A stretch of DNA of 56,830 bases from Deltaproteobacteria bacterium (GCA_032128375.1 JAQBGU010000076.1:1-56830), one strand, 5' to 3'; numbered from the stretch's first letter, positions 1 to 9,304 are shown. The notes: a model not told the origin generated them from the sequence alone. A program made the numbers and translations.

Positions 1-1525
1 CCTGGGTCGGCAAATCCTCCGACTGCGCGTTCGGGAACGCAACCGCGTGTTCCATCAGGTTGCCGTCATTCGCAACCAGGTGGAACGGGACGCGCTCGCC
101 CGACTCGTTCACCAACGCGATCCGAAAATATCGCGACACGCTGCCGTTCAAGATGCGGAAGCGGTAGCGGCGTGCGCGTACGTCCATGTACGGCTTGAAG
201 AGCCAATTGACGACTATTCGGTCGCCCATGAAGCCGTCGAGGTTGAAAATGTTGAAAAAGAGCTGGCCCGCGATGTCCCAGGCCTTGTCGGCCAGCATCA
301 GGTTGACGTCGTAATCCCGATTCCCCCAGTCGAGCGCGCTGCCGCTGGGCAGGCACAGGTTCACATTGATCGGATTCTCGTAGTGGCAATCCAAGGCCTC
401 GTTGCCGCGATCGATGGAGCTGTAGTAGTTCATCATCGCCGCGCTTCCCTTGTAGACGTTCTGCGCGGTGAAGTCGAGCATGTGGTCGTGGAACCAGTGG
501 GTGCTCATGGTCTCGCGCCAGTCACCACGGATGTTCGTGATCCCGCCGCTCCCGTCCGGGGTTCCGGCCCTCGGGTCGGTCGCCCCGGTGTTGATACGGT
601 CATGGCCAGCCAGAATCATCGGCCAGCGATAGTCGAAAAACTCGCCCGGAAAAAAAAAGGCCTGCGTGTAGCCATCGCTTTCAGCGGGTGTGTGGCCATT
701 GTGTTCGTGGGTCGTCAGTGTGTGCAGGCCGAAGCCGAAGTTGGCTCCCGGATCGACCGGGAGCGCGTTGTAGTGCCGGAACAGAGTTGGATATCCGTAA
801 CGCGCCATCAACAGCTTGGGTGGAAACGTCCCGTCGAATGTCCAGAGCGCCTCGGGATCCTGAACAGGCAGGTTCGGGTGAAAGCGCACCGCGATGCCTC
901 GCGTGGTTCCATCGAAACCCGGAGTCCCGGTGGTATTGTGGTACAGACCGCCGGGCCCGAACTCTCCCACGCTGTAGCCGTGCAGCTGTTCGGCGTCGCG
1001 AAGCCCGGTGTTGCCGCGCGCTCCCGTCGTTGCGGTCTGCACATAGACCTTCGGGAAAAACTCGTCCCAACGCTGGTGCGAGAACAACTCTCCGGGAGGT
1101 CGCCCTTCGATCACGCTGTGTGCGAGAGGGCGAAGACATTCTTCGATCTTGGGCTTCCAGGGGTTTGCCATCGAGACGTTCGACTCGCGGGTGGGAAACG
1201 GATGGATGCCCCCGCTGAGGAAGCTGTCTAGCGCCAGCGCGGGCGGTTGGCCTCCGCAGCTCGCGGGACCAGGAAGCAGTCCGCAGTCGGTACACGCGGT
1301 GTCGGGTAGATCTCGGATCCCAAATTCCTCGAAGCGCAGCATCTTTTGCGTGAAGGGTTGGGCGCCATAGCGGGGACTCTGCGCTGCGCCCGTCGGGATG
1401 TCGTACTTCGCCTGGGCGGGGAGCGCTATCGCGGCCAAGCATCCGACGGTTGCCGCAGCCATCAACAAGCGGATCGCATTCGCGCGAATTCTGGCGTTGC
1501 GCTTCAGCGGAGTTGTTCGTTCCAA
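1..1525 (-). CDS. Exported multicopper oxidase (large McoA-like type), 3' end outside window
   Basis: Not in ORF track (no stop inside window); translated by hand. TTG start at 1525 with GGAGG upstream and signal peptide ..LLMAAATVGCLAAIALPAQA. Cu motifs TTHEHNGH and STHWFHDH, then RRYRFRILNGSVSRYF. The + ORF 47..1231 is its antisense shadow. Confidence 0.9.
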   Translation of the reverse strand, partial: MERTTPLKRNARIRANAIRLLMAAATVGCLAAIALPAQAKYDIPTGAAQSPRYGAQPFTQKMLRFEEFGIRDLPDTACTDCGLLPGPASCGGQPPALALDSFLSGGIHPFPTRESNVSMANPWKPKIEECLRPLAHSVIEGRPPGELFSHQRWDEFFPKVYVQTATTGARGNTGLRDAEQLHGYSVGEFGPGGLYHNTTGTPGFDGTTRGIAVRFHPNLPVQDPEALWTFDGTFPPKLLMARYGYPTLFRHYNALPVDPGANFGFGLHTLTTHEHNGHTPAESDGYTQAFFFPGEFFDYRWPMILAGHDRINTGATDPRAGTPDGSGGITNIRGDWRETMSTHWFHDHMLDFTAQNVYKGSAAMMNYYSSIDRGNEALDCHYENPINVNLCLPSGSALDWGNRDYDVNLMLADKAWDIAGQLFFNIFNLDGFMGDRIVVNWLFKPYMDVRARRYRFRILNGSVSRYFRIALVNESGERVPFHLVANDGNLMEHAVAFPNAQSEDLPTQ

Positions 1526-1706
1526 AGCATGCCTCCAGCTGCAAGTTCGATCGCAGCCCGGCGGCCCGTCCGACGGCAAAAACAGCGACTTACCTGATCA
1601 GCAACAAACCGGGCTGCATGGAGCCCTCTATGACAGTCGCTCTGCAACGAAAAAGGTGACCCGCTGTTTGCGCATGATTCTCGAGAATCCTTCAACAAAG
1701 TGAGTG

Positions 1707-1734
1707 TGAAGCATTACAATGACATTGCACTTCA
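1707..1734. promoter_or_regulatory. AT-rich inverted repeat upstream of the oxidase gene (possible operator)
   Basis: TGAAG..CAATGACATTG..CTTCA in the intergenic gap 1526-1818. Confidence 0.25.
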
Positions 1735-1818
1735 TAATCAAATGGCATCACCGATGCGCAGCCCGTATCTCCCACCCGCGTAGCCAGGGCGTTGAGGCCC
1801 AACGGGATTCAGTGTCGC

Positions 1819-2397
1819 TCAGGCGTCGTCGAGGCGCCGGACTCTCGCGACGACATCCGCCGGGTCGACGAGTGCCGGAAGCGACGCCCAGCGCCCCGTG
1901 CGATCACTTCCCAGCGTAAGCAGTCCAGCGAATCGGGAGCGGTCTGCGTCGAGTCTGGGATCGGGGTCCCAGGCACCCATGGCACGACGGATGGAGTCGA
2001 TCGCAGGCGTGTCTCCTGTCAACGTGAGCCAGCGGTCGCGGTCGCCCTCTACCTCTACGCGAGCGGTGGGCAACCAGACGAACTCGTCGTCGACATCGAT
2101 CGAGAGCGAGAGCAGCCAGACACGACTCCCAAAGCGGCCCTTCAGCAGATCGTGCACGCGCTCCAGGTTTCGGAGCACGCGCGCTTGCTCCTCCCACGCC
2201 GCACAAAGCAGGTGAACGACCACGACGTGGTCGCGGACGAGATCTTTGTAGAGGCGGACCGATTTCCCCGCGTGCGTCAGCAAGGCTACATCGGGGAGAC
2301 GCCAGGGCTGTATCGACCCGGTCGCCCGAGCTTGCGCAGCGTCACGCGCGAAGCCCAGCGTCAGGAACTGGCGCCGACCGAATCGCTCCTCGGGCAA
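1819..2397 (-). CDS. SCO1/SenC-like protein, copper ligands degenerate
   Basis: Aligns by eye with the neighbouring SCO (RLYKDLVRDHVV vs RFYEDLVRDKVV; LSLSID; W..LTGD..AID; G.DRT.RWA.LP) but lacks CxxxC and the His ligand. Confidence 0.8.
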   Translation of the reverse strand: MPEERFGRRQFLTLGFARDAAQARATGSIQPWRLPDVALLTHAGKSVRLYKDLVRDHVVVVHLLCAAWEEQARVLRNLERVHDLLKGRFGSRVWLLSLSIDVDDEFVWLPTARVEVEGDRDRWLTLTGDTPAIDSIRRAMGAWDPDPRLDADRSRFAGLLTLGSDRTGRWASLPALVDPADVVARVRRLDDA

Positions 2398-2403
2398 GCT
2401 CGC

Positions 2404-3306
2404 CTACTCGGGTCGGGCCGAGATCTTCACGATCCGGTACCGCCCCTCGTCACTCTCGAGATCGAAGTCGACGAGCTGGCCCGACCGGAGCCCGGCGAAC
2501 ATCTCGGGCTCGTTCATCTCGAACGCCATCGTCATGCCCGGCATCAACCCGGGAATGTCCCCGTGCTCGATCACGGCCTGGCCGCGATCGGGTCGCAACT
2601 CTCGGACGATCCCGTGTGTGCTATGGGCTCGCTGGCTTGCCGACACGAAGCGAGAAGCATCTCGCGTTCCGACCCACTGATCGTCCCAGGTAAAGCGGCG
2701 CACGCTGCGCGCCAGGTCTCGCAGATCGGTCAGGACCGGCAGCGCGGCCCAGCGATCGGTGCGGTCGTTACCGAACGTGACGATCCCCGCGTGTTGGGTC
2801 TTGTCGGCGTCGACGATCGGGTCGGGGTCGTACACGCCGAGTTCATGGCGCAGCCGATCGATCGCGTCGTAGTCCCCTGTCAGGAAGGTCCAACCCGGCT
2901 TGCTCCCGAACGCCTTCCAGTAGGCGTCGAGCTTCTCCGCAGTGTCCACTTCCGGGTCGATCGAAATGGAAAGCATGCTGACATCGCGACCCGCGCGCTC
3001 TCCGAGCAGATCGTTGAAGCGCGACAGCTGGGCGGCCATCCCGGGACAGATCAACGGGCAGGTGGTGTACATGAAGTTGATCATCACGACCTTGTCGCGT
3101 ACGAGATCCTCGTAAAATCTCACGCGTTCGCCGTGCTGCGTGGTGAGCGCGATGTTCGAAAAGCGGTCGGAGGTCTTGCCTCGCAGCGTGCGCTCGCCGC
3201 GGGTCTCAGCGGACGCGGAGACCGGGGCATTGGCCGCTTGGCTGCAACCCAATAGCGTTGCGGCCACGCCGGCTGCGAGCACACATCGGAGTGCTCGAGC
3301 GCGCAA
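2404..3306 (-). CDS. SCO1/SenC copper chaperone lipoprotein with C-terminal CusF-like domain
   Basis: Lipobox LLGC; YTTCPLIC (CxxxC) and KTQHAG His; C-terminal IEHGDIPGLMPGMTMAF (CusF-type His/Met site). Confidence 0.88.
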   Translation of the reverse strand: MRARALRCVLAAGVAATLLGCSQAANAPVSASAETRGERTLRGKTSDRFSNIALTTQHGERVRFYEDLVRDKVVMINFMYTTCPLICPGMAAQLSRFNDLLGERAGRDVSMLSISIDPEVDTAEKLDAYWKAFGSKPGWTFLTGDYDAIDRLRHELGVYDPDPIVDADKTQHAGIVTFGNDRTDRWAALPVLTDLRDLARSVRRFTWDDQWVGTRDASRFVSASQRAHSTHGIVRELRPDRGQAVIEHGDIPGLMPGMTMAFEMNEPEMFAGLRSGQLVDFDLESDEGRYRIVKISARPE

Positions 3307-3309
3307 AAT

Positions 3310-5499
3310 CTAATCCTCGCGGCCTTGATTGCCGCGCGCGTCGATGTCGAAATCGCACTCTTCGTTGGCTTCGTCGAAGATGCCAACGCCGCGGTCGAGG
3401 AGCCTGTCTACATCGCCTTCCGCGTCGAAGAAGATGCGCCCCTCTTCCGCGAGATCCTTGCATGACGAAGCCACACCTGACACGACGGGGTCGACGGGGG
3501 TCTCAGCATCGAGAGGGGTCTGTTCGCCCGCGGGTCTCGGGTCATTGACGCCCATCATGCGCATGTCCTCGTGTTCCACGTTGTGGCAGTGGAACACGAA
3601 CGGGCCGCTGAACGTGTTCCAGCGGACCAACACCTCGGCCTCGTCTCCGCCCTCGAGGTTGACCCCATCGTTGTTGAAGCAGTGCTGCGGGCGAAGTCCG
3701 TTGGGGCGCGACTTGTGCGACTGAACCTGGAAGCCGTCGAGGTGGAGGTGGATCGGGTGCCACCAGCCACCCGCGTGATTGGTAAGAAACCAGCGCTCGG
3801 TGGTTCCGAGCTGCGGCGAGGCGTCGGCTCTGCGGGGATTGAAAAAGCGGTTGTTGACCGCCCATGCGCCGTTGGCCCGTTCGAAGCGGAACTCGCGAGT
3901 GGCGACGACATCCGCTGCGTCGAGCGGCGCCCACTGTCCCCCGTCCGCGGCAAACGACAGCGTGCCGCGGGTGGTCTCGCAGCTGAAGTCGGCCGCGAAA
4001 CCGCGGATTTGCGTTCCGTCCATCACGTTCGCACTGTCGGGCGCGTCCCGGTCTCCCTTGACGACGAACTTGAGCAGCGCAGTGGGGTCGTCCGGATCAA
4101 CGCCGTCTGGCCCACGTCCTTCGGTTTGGATGAAGATGTTCTCGAGGAAGACCTCAGTCCCATCGTCGAGTCCGCGAAAGTCGACGATCACGTCGTGACG
4201 CTCCCCCATACCGAGTTCGACCTGCCCGCCCGTCTGGGTATCGACCAGCGCCACCGGCAGCAGCCAGCTGTCGGTCCCGATCACGATGAGGGGACGCCCG
4301 TTACTGAGGCGCAGCTCGTAGAAGCGGGCGTTCGAGGCGTTGAGGATGCGAAAGCGATACTGGCGGCGTTCGACTTCGAAGAACGGCTGCACCCGCCCGT
4401 TGACGGTGAAGACGTCGCCGAGGCGGCCGTCGTGGTCGAGGAAGTCATAGACGAGCTGGCCTTGCGCGTCGAAGAGCTGGTCAATGAGCGCGAGGCCAAT
4501 GTCGTAGCCCGCACCGTCGGGCGCGATGGCATCCACGACTTCGGGCTCGAGTCCGAGCGCCTCCAGCACCTCGCGACCCGGGGCGGGGAGCACGCCCGTC
4601 GCGATCAGGTCGAGTTCGGTGTCGTCGACCACGAGATAAAAGCCCGCCAGCCCGTTCCCGACAGTGAACCCCGTGATGTCCATCGCGTGGTCGTGGTACC
4701 ACATCGTCGACGGAATCCAGGTCCCATCGAATTCATCCCCGCAGCTGCCGTTCGCGAGACGCGGCCCGATGTTCGGGTAGTAGTAGTCCCGCGATTCACC
4801 CGCGTTCACGTAGAAGTCCGGGTAGCCGTCCGAGTGGGCGGGGCTATGGCCGCCGTGCTGGTGGACGGAGTTCTCGATGTCGTGGTTGAACGACTCGCTG
4901 AGGTTTTGCTTCGTGAGCCGGTTTTCGTTGCGAACGACGACCGGGCCCCGGAAGCGCGTGACGAACGTCGGCCCCGGGGTTCTCACGTCCGGCTGCTCGG
5001 CCTCGGTCTTCGCGTCGTCTCGGTAACTCAAGACCCGCGTGTCGGGGGCTCCGGGCGCGAACTTCTGGGTGGCCTGCTCCGATACCAGGCAGTACTCCGA
5101 GACGTGCGTGCCCGCCGTGAACGCGTTCCAGTCCGCGCAGTGTCGCGGGTCTTCGGTGTCGAACTCCTTGGCGATGCCGTGCCGCACGAGCTCCGGGTGT
5201 GGGCCCCTGTCGGGGTAGTCGAGTGGCTGCGGACCGCCCTGCCAACCGACGCGCGGCCCCGGGTAGTTGCCGGGTGTCGGGTCGAGTGTACCAGGCGGCT
5301 TCGCTGTCATGACAGAGGGAATGAAGAGAGGCTGGGTAAAGGGCTCGTAGCCGAAGAATCGACCCGACTCGGTGTCGCCTGCACTGCTGGCGCTTTCGCC
5401 AGCCACCTCGTCGGGGCCAGGGCACTGCGTATTGCCCAGTGCGAGCCCCGCTCCTACGACGACACCCGATTTGAGCAAAGAACGCCTGTCCAGATCCAC
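3310..5499 (-). CDS. Tat-exported multicopper oxidase (bilirubin oxidase/CotA-like 3-domain MCO)
   Basis: DRRSLLK twin-arginine leader; all four Cu motifs present: VHQHGGH, WYHDH, HPIHLHL, FHCHNVEHEDMRMM; GGAG upstream of the GTG start. Confidence 0.93.
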   Translation of the reverse strand: MDLDRRSLLKSGVVVGAGLALGNTQCPGPDEVAGESASSAGDTESGRFFGYEPFTQPLFIPSVMTAKPPGTLDPTPGNYPGPRVGWQGGPQPLDYPDRGPHPELVRHGIAKEFDTEDPRHCADWNAFTAGTHVSEYCLVSEQATQKFAPGAPDTRVLSYRDDAKTEAEQPDVRTPGPTFVTRFRGPVVVRNENRLTKQNLSESFNHDIENSVHQHGGHSPAHSDGYPDFYVNAGESRDYYYPNIGPRLANGSCGDEFDGTWIPSTMWYHDHAMDITGFTVGNGLAGFYLVVDDTELDLIATGVLPAPGREVLEALGLEPEVVDAIAPDGAGYDIGLALIDQLFDAQGQLVYDFLDHDGRLGDVFTVNGRVQPFFEVERRQYRFRILNASNARFYELRLSNGRPLIVIGTDSWLLPVALVDTQTGGQVELGMGERHDVIVDFRGLDDGTEVFLENIFIQTEGRGPDGVDPDDPTALLKFVVKGDRDAPDSANVMDGTQIRGFAADFSCETTRGTLSFAADGGQWAPLDAADVVATREFRFERANGAWAVNNRFFNPRRADASPQLGTTERWFLTNHAGGWWHPIHLHLDGFQVQSHKSRPNGLRPQHCFNNDGVNLEGGDEAEVLVRWNTFSGPFVFHCHNVEHEDMRMMGVNDPRPAGEQTPLDAETPVDPVVSGVASSCKDLAEEGRIFFDAEGDVDRLLDRGVGIFDEANEECDFDIDARGNQGRED

Positions 5500-5516
5500 A
5501 GAGACTCTCCTACTCC

Positions 5517-5550
5517 ACTCAGAACCAACTCAGAACCACCACTCAGAACC
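5517..5550. repeat. Three direct copies of ACTCAGAACC just upstream of the MCO RBS
   Basis: Copies at 5517, 5528 and 5541. Confidence 0.8.
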
Positions 5551-5691
5551 GGCCCCGCGTCAGGCGGGAACCGTGACGACTGCGACAACTGCAACGGCGA
5601 CGCGTACACTGCCCATCGACTCTATTCGAATTCCGTGGCGAAGTCTGCAAGAAATCCCGAGGGTTGGAAAAATTCTACATATGCGCGAACT

Positions 5692-5707
5692 AGCAACACG
5701 CACACCA
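5692..5707 (-). promoter_or_regulatory. Possible sigma-54 -24/-12 promoter for the MCO-SCO operon
   Basis: Minus strand TGGTGTGCGTGTTGCT: GG-N10-GC spacing and TTGCT match, CAC part of the consensus does not. Confidence 0.35.
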
Positions 5708-5861
5708 CACACGCATGTCGCTGGTTAAATCGTCATTCCAGGTGAAGTTTCCCATCCGAAACGCAATGCGGTGGGAAGCACTTCGTCGAGCCCAACCCCT
5801 CGGCCAGTCCGCGAAAAAAACTTCGTTCGCGACTTCGTACGCGGACCTCTAACTCACGACA

Positions 5862-8273
5862 CTAGGGCATCTCTGCAACTGCGAGATCGTCGGCATTCTC
5901 CCGGAGACGGATCTGTTGAAGGCCTTTGGCAGCGGCGAGCCGCACCTGTTGGTCATCAAAGGCTAGGGCCTTGCGTAGCGCCTGTTCGGCACGCGGGTCC
6001 GAGAGCATGCCGAGGGCTTCAGCCGCCAGGGCGCGGCGCCGTGATGCTGCGCCCGGCTCTTCCGACGGCCCGGCCGCTTCGAGGCGCTCTAGCAGGACAT
6101 TCAGCGTCTCATCGGGCTCGAGTTCGCTGAGCCAACGGATCGCGTCCAGGTAGGCGCTCGAGTCGTCCTCATCGAGACTATCCAACAGTGTGTCAGCCGT
6201 TTGCTGCCGCCACTGCTCGAAGTCCGAACCCTGGCCGATGGCCCCGTCGGTGTCCGAGACCGTAGCCACGAGCATCGGCGTCTCCGCTGCCGGCTCGGCC
6301 CGGGTTTGCGACAGCTGCTCGTCGATCTGCCAGGCGGCGAGCAATGAGAGCGGCAGCAGAATCGACGCAGCGAGCACGGATCTGCGTTGCAGGACCGCGC
6401 GCCAACCAGCGGCTGGCTTCCGGGTCACGGGCACCGGTCTCGCGATCGGTACCAGCAAAGCCGTCTCGACTGCTGCTCCGGGCAAGACGGCTTCGAGGCG
6501 TCGCGGGGCAAGCTCGGGTCGGATCAGATGTTCCTCCACGAGCGGATGATTGTCGGTATCAAGCGCTTCGGCGGCGAGCATCTCGTCGATGTTGAGCAGG
6601 TGATCGTCAGTGAGTTCCCGCGCCGGTCGCTCGTCGACGGGTGTAATTTCTGCCGCGCTGGTAGGAAGGGCAGCGGCCTCGTTCGGCAGCACCGATGCGG
6701 GTTGGAGCAGTTCCTCTGACACGACGATGGCTTCCGCGTACACGATCCCGCTCTCGGCTTCGCCTTCAGCTTCCGCCATGGCGATGGTTTCCGCGTACAC
6801 GATCCCGCTCTCGGCTTCGCCTTCAGCGTCCGCTACGGCGATGGTTTCCCGATTCACGATATCGCTCGAGGCCTCTTCGATGAAGTCCGGGATGACGATG
6901 GCATCCGCGTACACAGTCTCGCGCTCGGTTTCGTCGATGTCGTCCCGCAGCGTCGATGCGGCGCCCCCGTGGGGCGCCTCGGCGCCAAGCTGCTCGATCA
7001 TCCGTTCCAGTCGGCTGCTGGTCTGCGGCGGGGCCGACTCGAAGGCGAGGCCATGTGCGGTAGCAGCGTCGTCGACCACAACCCGCGCCCACACCAGTAG
7101 CGGCGGATCGCCCTTGCGCTGCTGCAACCCGATTTGTACACGCTCGCCGGCCTCGAGTCCGCGGACCGGTTCGATGCCCAGGCCTTCTGACGAAAGGTCA
7201 CGGGTCTGCAGCGGAAGAATAGCCGGGTCGCTACTGCAGAAGGCTGCAACCTCCTTGATATAGCTCAATCGGACCTGCCGCCTGCGATCGACACTAGCCT
7301 CCGCGACCCACGCGGGGGCGACGGGCCGCTGCACCGAAACGACCACCGGTTGGCTGACTTCGGTATCCACGACATCAGCCCACTCTGCCCCTTCATTGAG
7401 AAGTGCAGTGAGCACATCATCGGCGAGATGATGCATCTGCTTATGGATCAGCGACTTGGGTGCACGTTGAAGGATCGAATACGCGCGCTCATCCGGATTG
7501 GTGTAGAGCGCCTCGATGGACGGGCTCCGCGATACGAAGCTCTCGAACAGCGGGTAGCCCAAACGACGAATTTGGCCGAGGAGGACCGCCAGGATGTCGT
7601 GATCCTCTCCCTCCCTGAATTTGATGCGGAGATCCACCAGCGAGAGCAGCAGGCGGGCGCGCTCGTGGGGGCGCCCCCACCCGTCAAACAGGTCGAACAC
7701 TTTCTTTGATTCAACAAGCGAAGCATGGTCGGAAACGAGGACGATCGAGAGGTCGCTTGCGGCGATCGCGTTCTGCGTCAGGATTTCGAGGTCGCTCTTG
7801 GTATCGATGATGACGAGCCCGTTCCAGTCTGTCCGCACCAGCACCTGCCACAAATCGGATTGGGACGTGATCTCCGATTTCAGCGCTGCCACTTGAGTGC
7901 TCGTGGGAACGTAATGGACCCCGTACTGACCGAGGCGAATCGCGCTCTCGAGGTTTCCCTGACGGAAGCCGGTGACGATCGTATCGGATGGTTTTTCGTC
8001 ATCGATGACGAACATACGACTCGGCATCGGCTGGTCGTCGAAAGTGAGCAGCAGTACCGGTACGTCCTCGCGCATCGCGCGCAGATAGATCGCCAGGTTA
8101 CAGGCGAACGTAGTCTTACCGACGCCTCCTTTATTACTCGAGACGGTCACCACACGGAAGCGCGGTCGACTCACCCCGGCACGCGGATCGGCGGTCACAG
8201 TGAACGACTTGTCATGAATGAATTCTGCATTCTGTCGGTCCTTCTCCGAAAATGGGCGGCACTCGGCCGGCAT
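5862..8273 (-). CDS. ParA/MinD-family ATPase fused to PilZ, acidic linker, TM helix and C-terminal HEAT (PBS-lyase-like) repeats
   Basis: Deviant Walker A NKGGVGKTT; PilZ RRRQVR..DLSSEG; hydrophobic SVLAASILLPLSLLAAW; HEAT-like AAEALGMLSDPRAEQALRKAL..VRLAAAKGL. Confidence 0.85.
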   Translation of the reverse strand: MPAECRPFSEKDRQNAEFIHDKSFTVTADPRAGVSRPRFRVVTVSSNKGGVGKTTFACNLAIYLRAMREDVPVLLLTFDDQPMPSRMFVIDDEKPSDTIVTGFRQGNLESAIRLGQYGVHYVPTSTQVAALKSEITSQSDLWQVLVRTDWNGLVIIDTKSDLEILTQNAIAASDLSIVLVSDHASLVESKKVFDLFDGWGRPHERARLLLSLVDLRIKFREGEDHDILAVLLGQIRRLGYPLFESFVSRSPSIEALYTNPDERAYSILQRAPKSLIHKQMHHLADDVLTALLNEGAEWADVVDTEVSQPVVVSVQRPVAPAWVAEASVDRRRQVRLSYIKEVAAFCSSDPAILPLQTRDLSSEGLGIEPVRGLEAGERVQIGLQQRKGDPPLLVWARVVVDDAATAHGLAFESAPPQTSSRLERMIEQLGAEAPHGGAASTLRDDIDETERETVYADAIVIPDFIEEASSDIVNRETIAVADAEGEAESGIVYAETIAMAEAEGEAESGIVYAEAIVVSEELLQPASVLPNEAAALPTSAAEITPVDERPARELTDDHLLNIDEMLAAEALDTDNHPLVEEHLIRPELAPRRLEAVLPGAAVETALLVPIARPVPVTRKPAAGWRAVLQRRSVLAASILLPLSLLAAWQIDEQLSQTRAEPAAETPMLVATVSDTDGAIGQGSDFEQWRQQTADTLLDSLDEDDSSAYLDAIRWLSELEPDETLNVLLERLEAAGPSEEPGAASRRRALAAEALGMLSDPRAEQALRKALAFDDQQVRLAAAKGLQQIRLRENADDLAVAEMP
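6725..6952. repeat. 4 x 57-bp (19-aa) intragenic tandem repeat
   Basis: Units start with CGATGG at 6725, 6782, 6839 and 6896; the first two are nearly identical (AEGEAESGIVYAE..). Confidence 0.85.
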
Positions 8274-8456
8274 TATCGCATAATTGTTTGGGTGTGTGTT
8301 AAATAACCCACTTTTTTTTATCCGTGATAGAGTGACGATGGCCGCGGCGAGCGCCTCGCGGATGCAGGATGGTTTGACTTCTTTGGGAGTTTCATGAAAA
8401 GTGTGTCACTTCTTGGGTGTTCATTGCGAGAACCTTCGTCACTGGGGAGAAACGAA

Positions 8457-9224
8457 ATGAACGCAGCCCCGGTCCCCGAAATCGATCCCTTCGGGGACGT
8501 TTCGAGCCCTTTGCTCTACGTAATGCGCGCGGCAACTGAGCGCGCGCTTGCGGAGCTGGTGGATTGCGGAATCGAGCCTGCGCGCCCTGCGGTGCTGGTC
8601 GGTCCCCCCGGAATCGGCAAGAGCCTGCTACTTCACGTGGCTGGGAAGAGCATCAGCGGTGGGGGGCCTCGCGCGTTCGTCTCCTACCCGGCGCTCGACA
8701 CCGAGGACCTGTGCTGCTGGATCCTCGACGAACTCCGAAGCCCGCGATTCGAGGACCCGGTATTCGCATTCGAGGCCTACCTCGGCCATCTGCGGGTGAT
8801 CGGTTCAGCTTTTCTGCTGTTGGTCGACGACTTGCACTTGATGCCAACGGAAACGCTGCGCTGGCTCGGCCGTTTGGTCGTCAGCTCCAAGGGCGAGTTC
8901 CGATTCATTGGCAGCGCCATCAACGACCCGCACTCCGACGAGAAGATTGCGTCGCTGGGTCCCACCTGCCAGAAGGTCCTGATCGAGTCTCCGATGCAGC
9001 AGGATGAGAGTTCGCGGTACGTCCACGAGCGCCTCCACCTGGCGGGCGCAACCGAGGCCATACGAGCCCTCTTCGATCGGACCACCGTCGCCGAACTCCA
9101 CCGGCTATCAGGAGGAATCCCCCGCGCGCTCAACGCTGCAGCGGCGAGGCTGCTACAGCCAAACCCAACCACTCGCTCGGACCCTGAACGCTTCCGGAAC
9201 TGGTGGCACGTGCCGATTCGGTGA
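8457..9224 (+). CDS. ExeA/GspA-like AAA ATPase (stand-alone)
   Basis: DPFG N-terminus, Walker A GPPGIGKS, Walker B LLVDDLH, C-terminal LHRLSGGIPRALN. ATG 8457 chosen for its GGGGAG RBS (track start 8394). Confidence 0.8.
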   Translation: MNAAPVPEIDPFGDVSSPLLYVMRAATERALAELVDCGIEPARPAVLVGPPGIGKSLLLHVAGKSISGGGPRAFVSYPALDTEDLCCWILDELRSPRFEDPVFAFEAYLGHLRVIGSAFLLLVDDLHLMPTETLRWLGRLVVSSKGEFRFIGSAINDPHSDEKIASLGPTCQKVLIESPMQQDESSRYVHERLHLAGATEAIRALFDRTTVAELHRLSGGIPRALNAAAARLLQPNPTTRSDPERFRNWWHVPIR

Positions 9225-9304
9225 AGGGCCCTCGACCCGCTCGGTCGCGGATTCCGCCCGATGACGTGCCGGCGAGAAGTGCGTCGACGCCGTCCACTTT
9301 TCGA

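Noticed and set aside
650..658. A9 homopolymer inside the left MCO as a frameshift or phase-variation site
   Set aside because: Reads in frame as AFFFPG on the minus strand; no frameshift.
47..1231. 394-aa plus-strand ORF (likewise 1792..3255, 3571..5745, 20950..22959, 36464..37804, 51406..52650)
   Set aside because: Antisense shadows of motif-bearing genes on the opposite strand, expected in GC-rich DNA; no recognisable domains.
8289..8319. TGGGT..ACCCA + T8 as an intrinsic terminator
   Set aside because: Only a 5-bp stem with a long loop, between divergent genes with no credible upstream + gene; more likely AT-rich promoter DNA.
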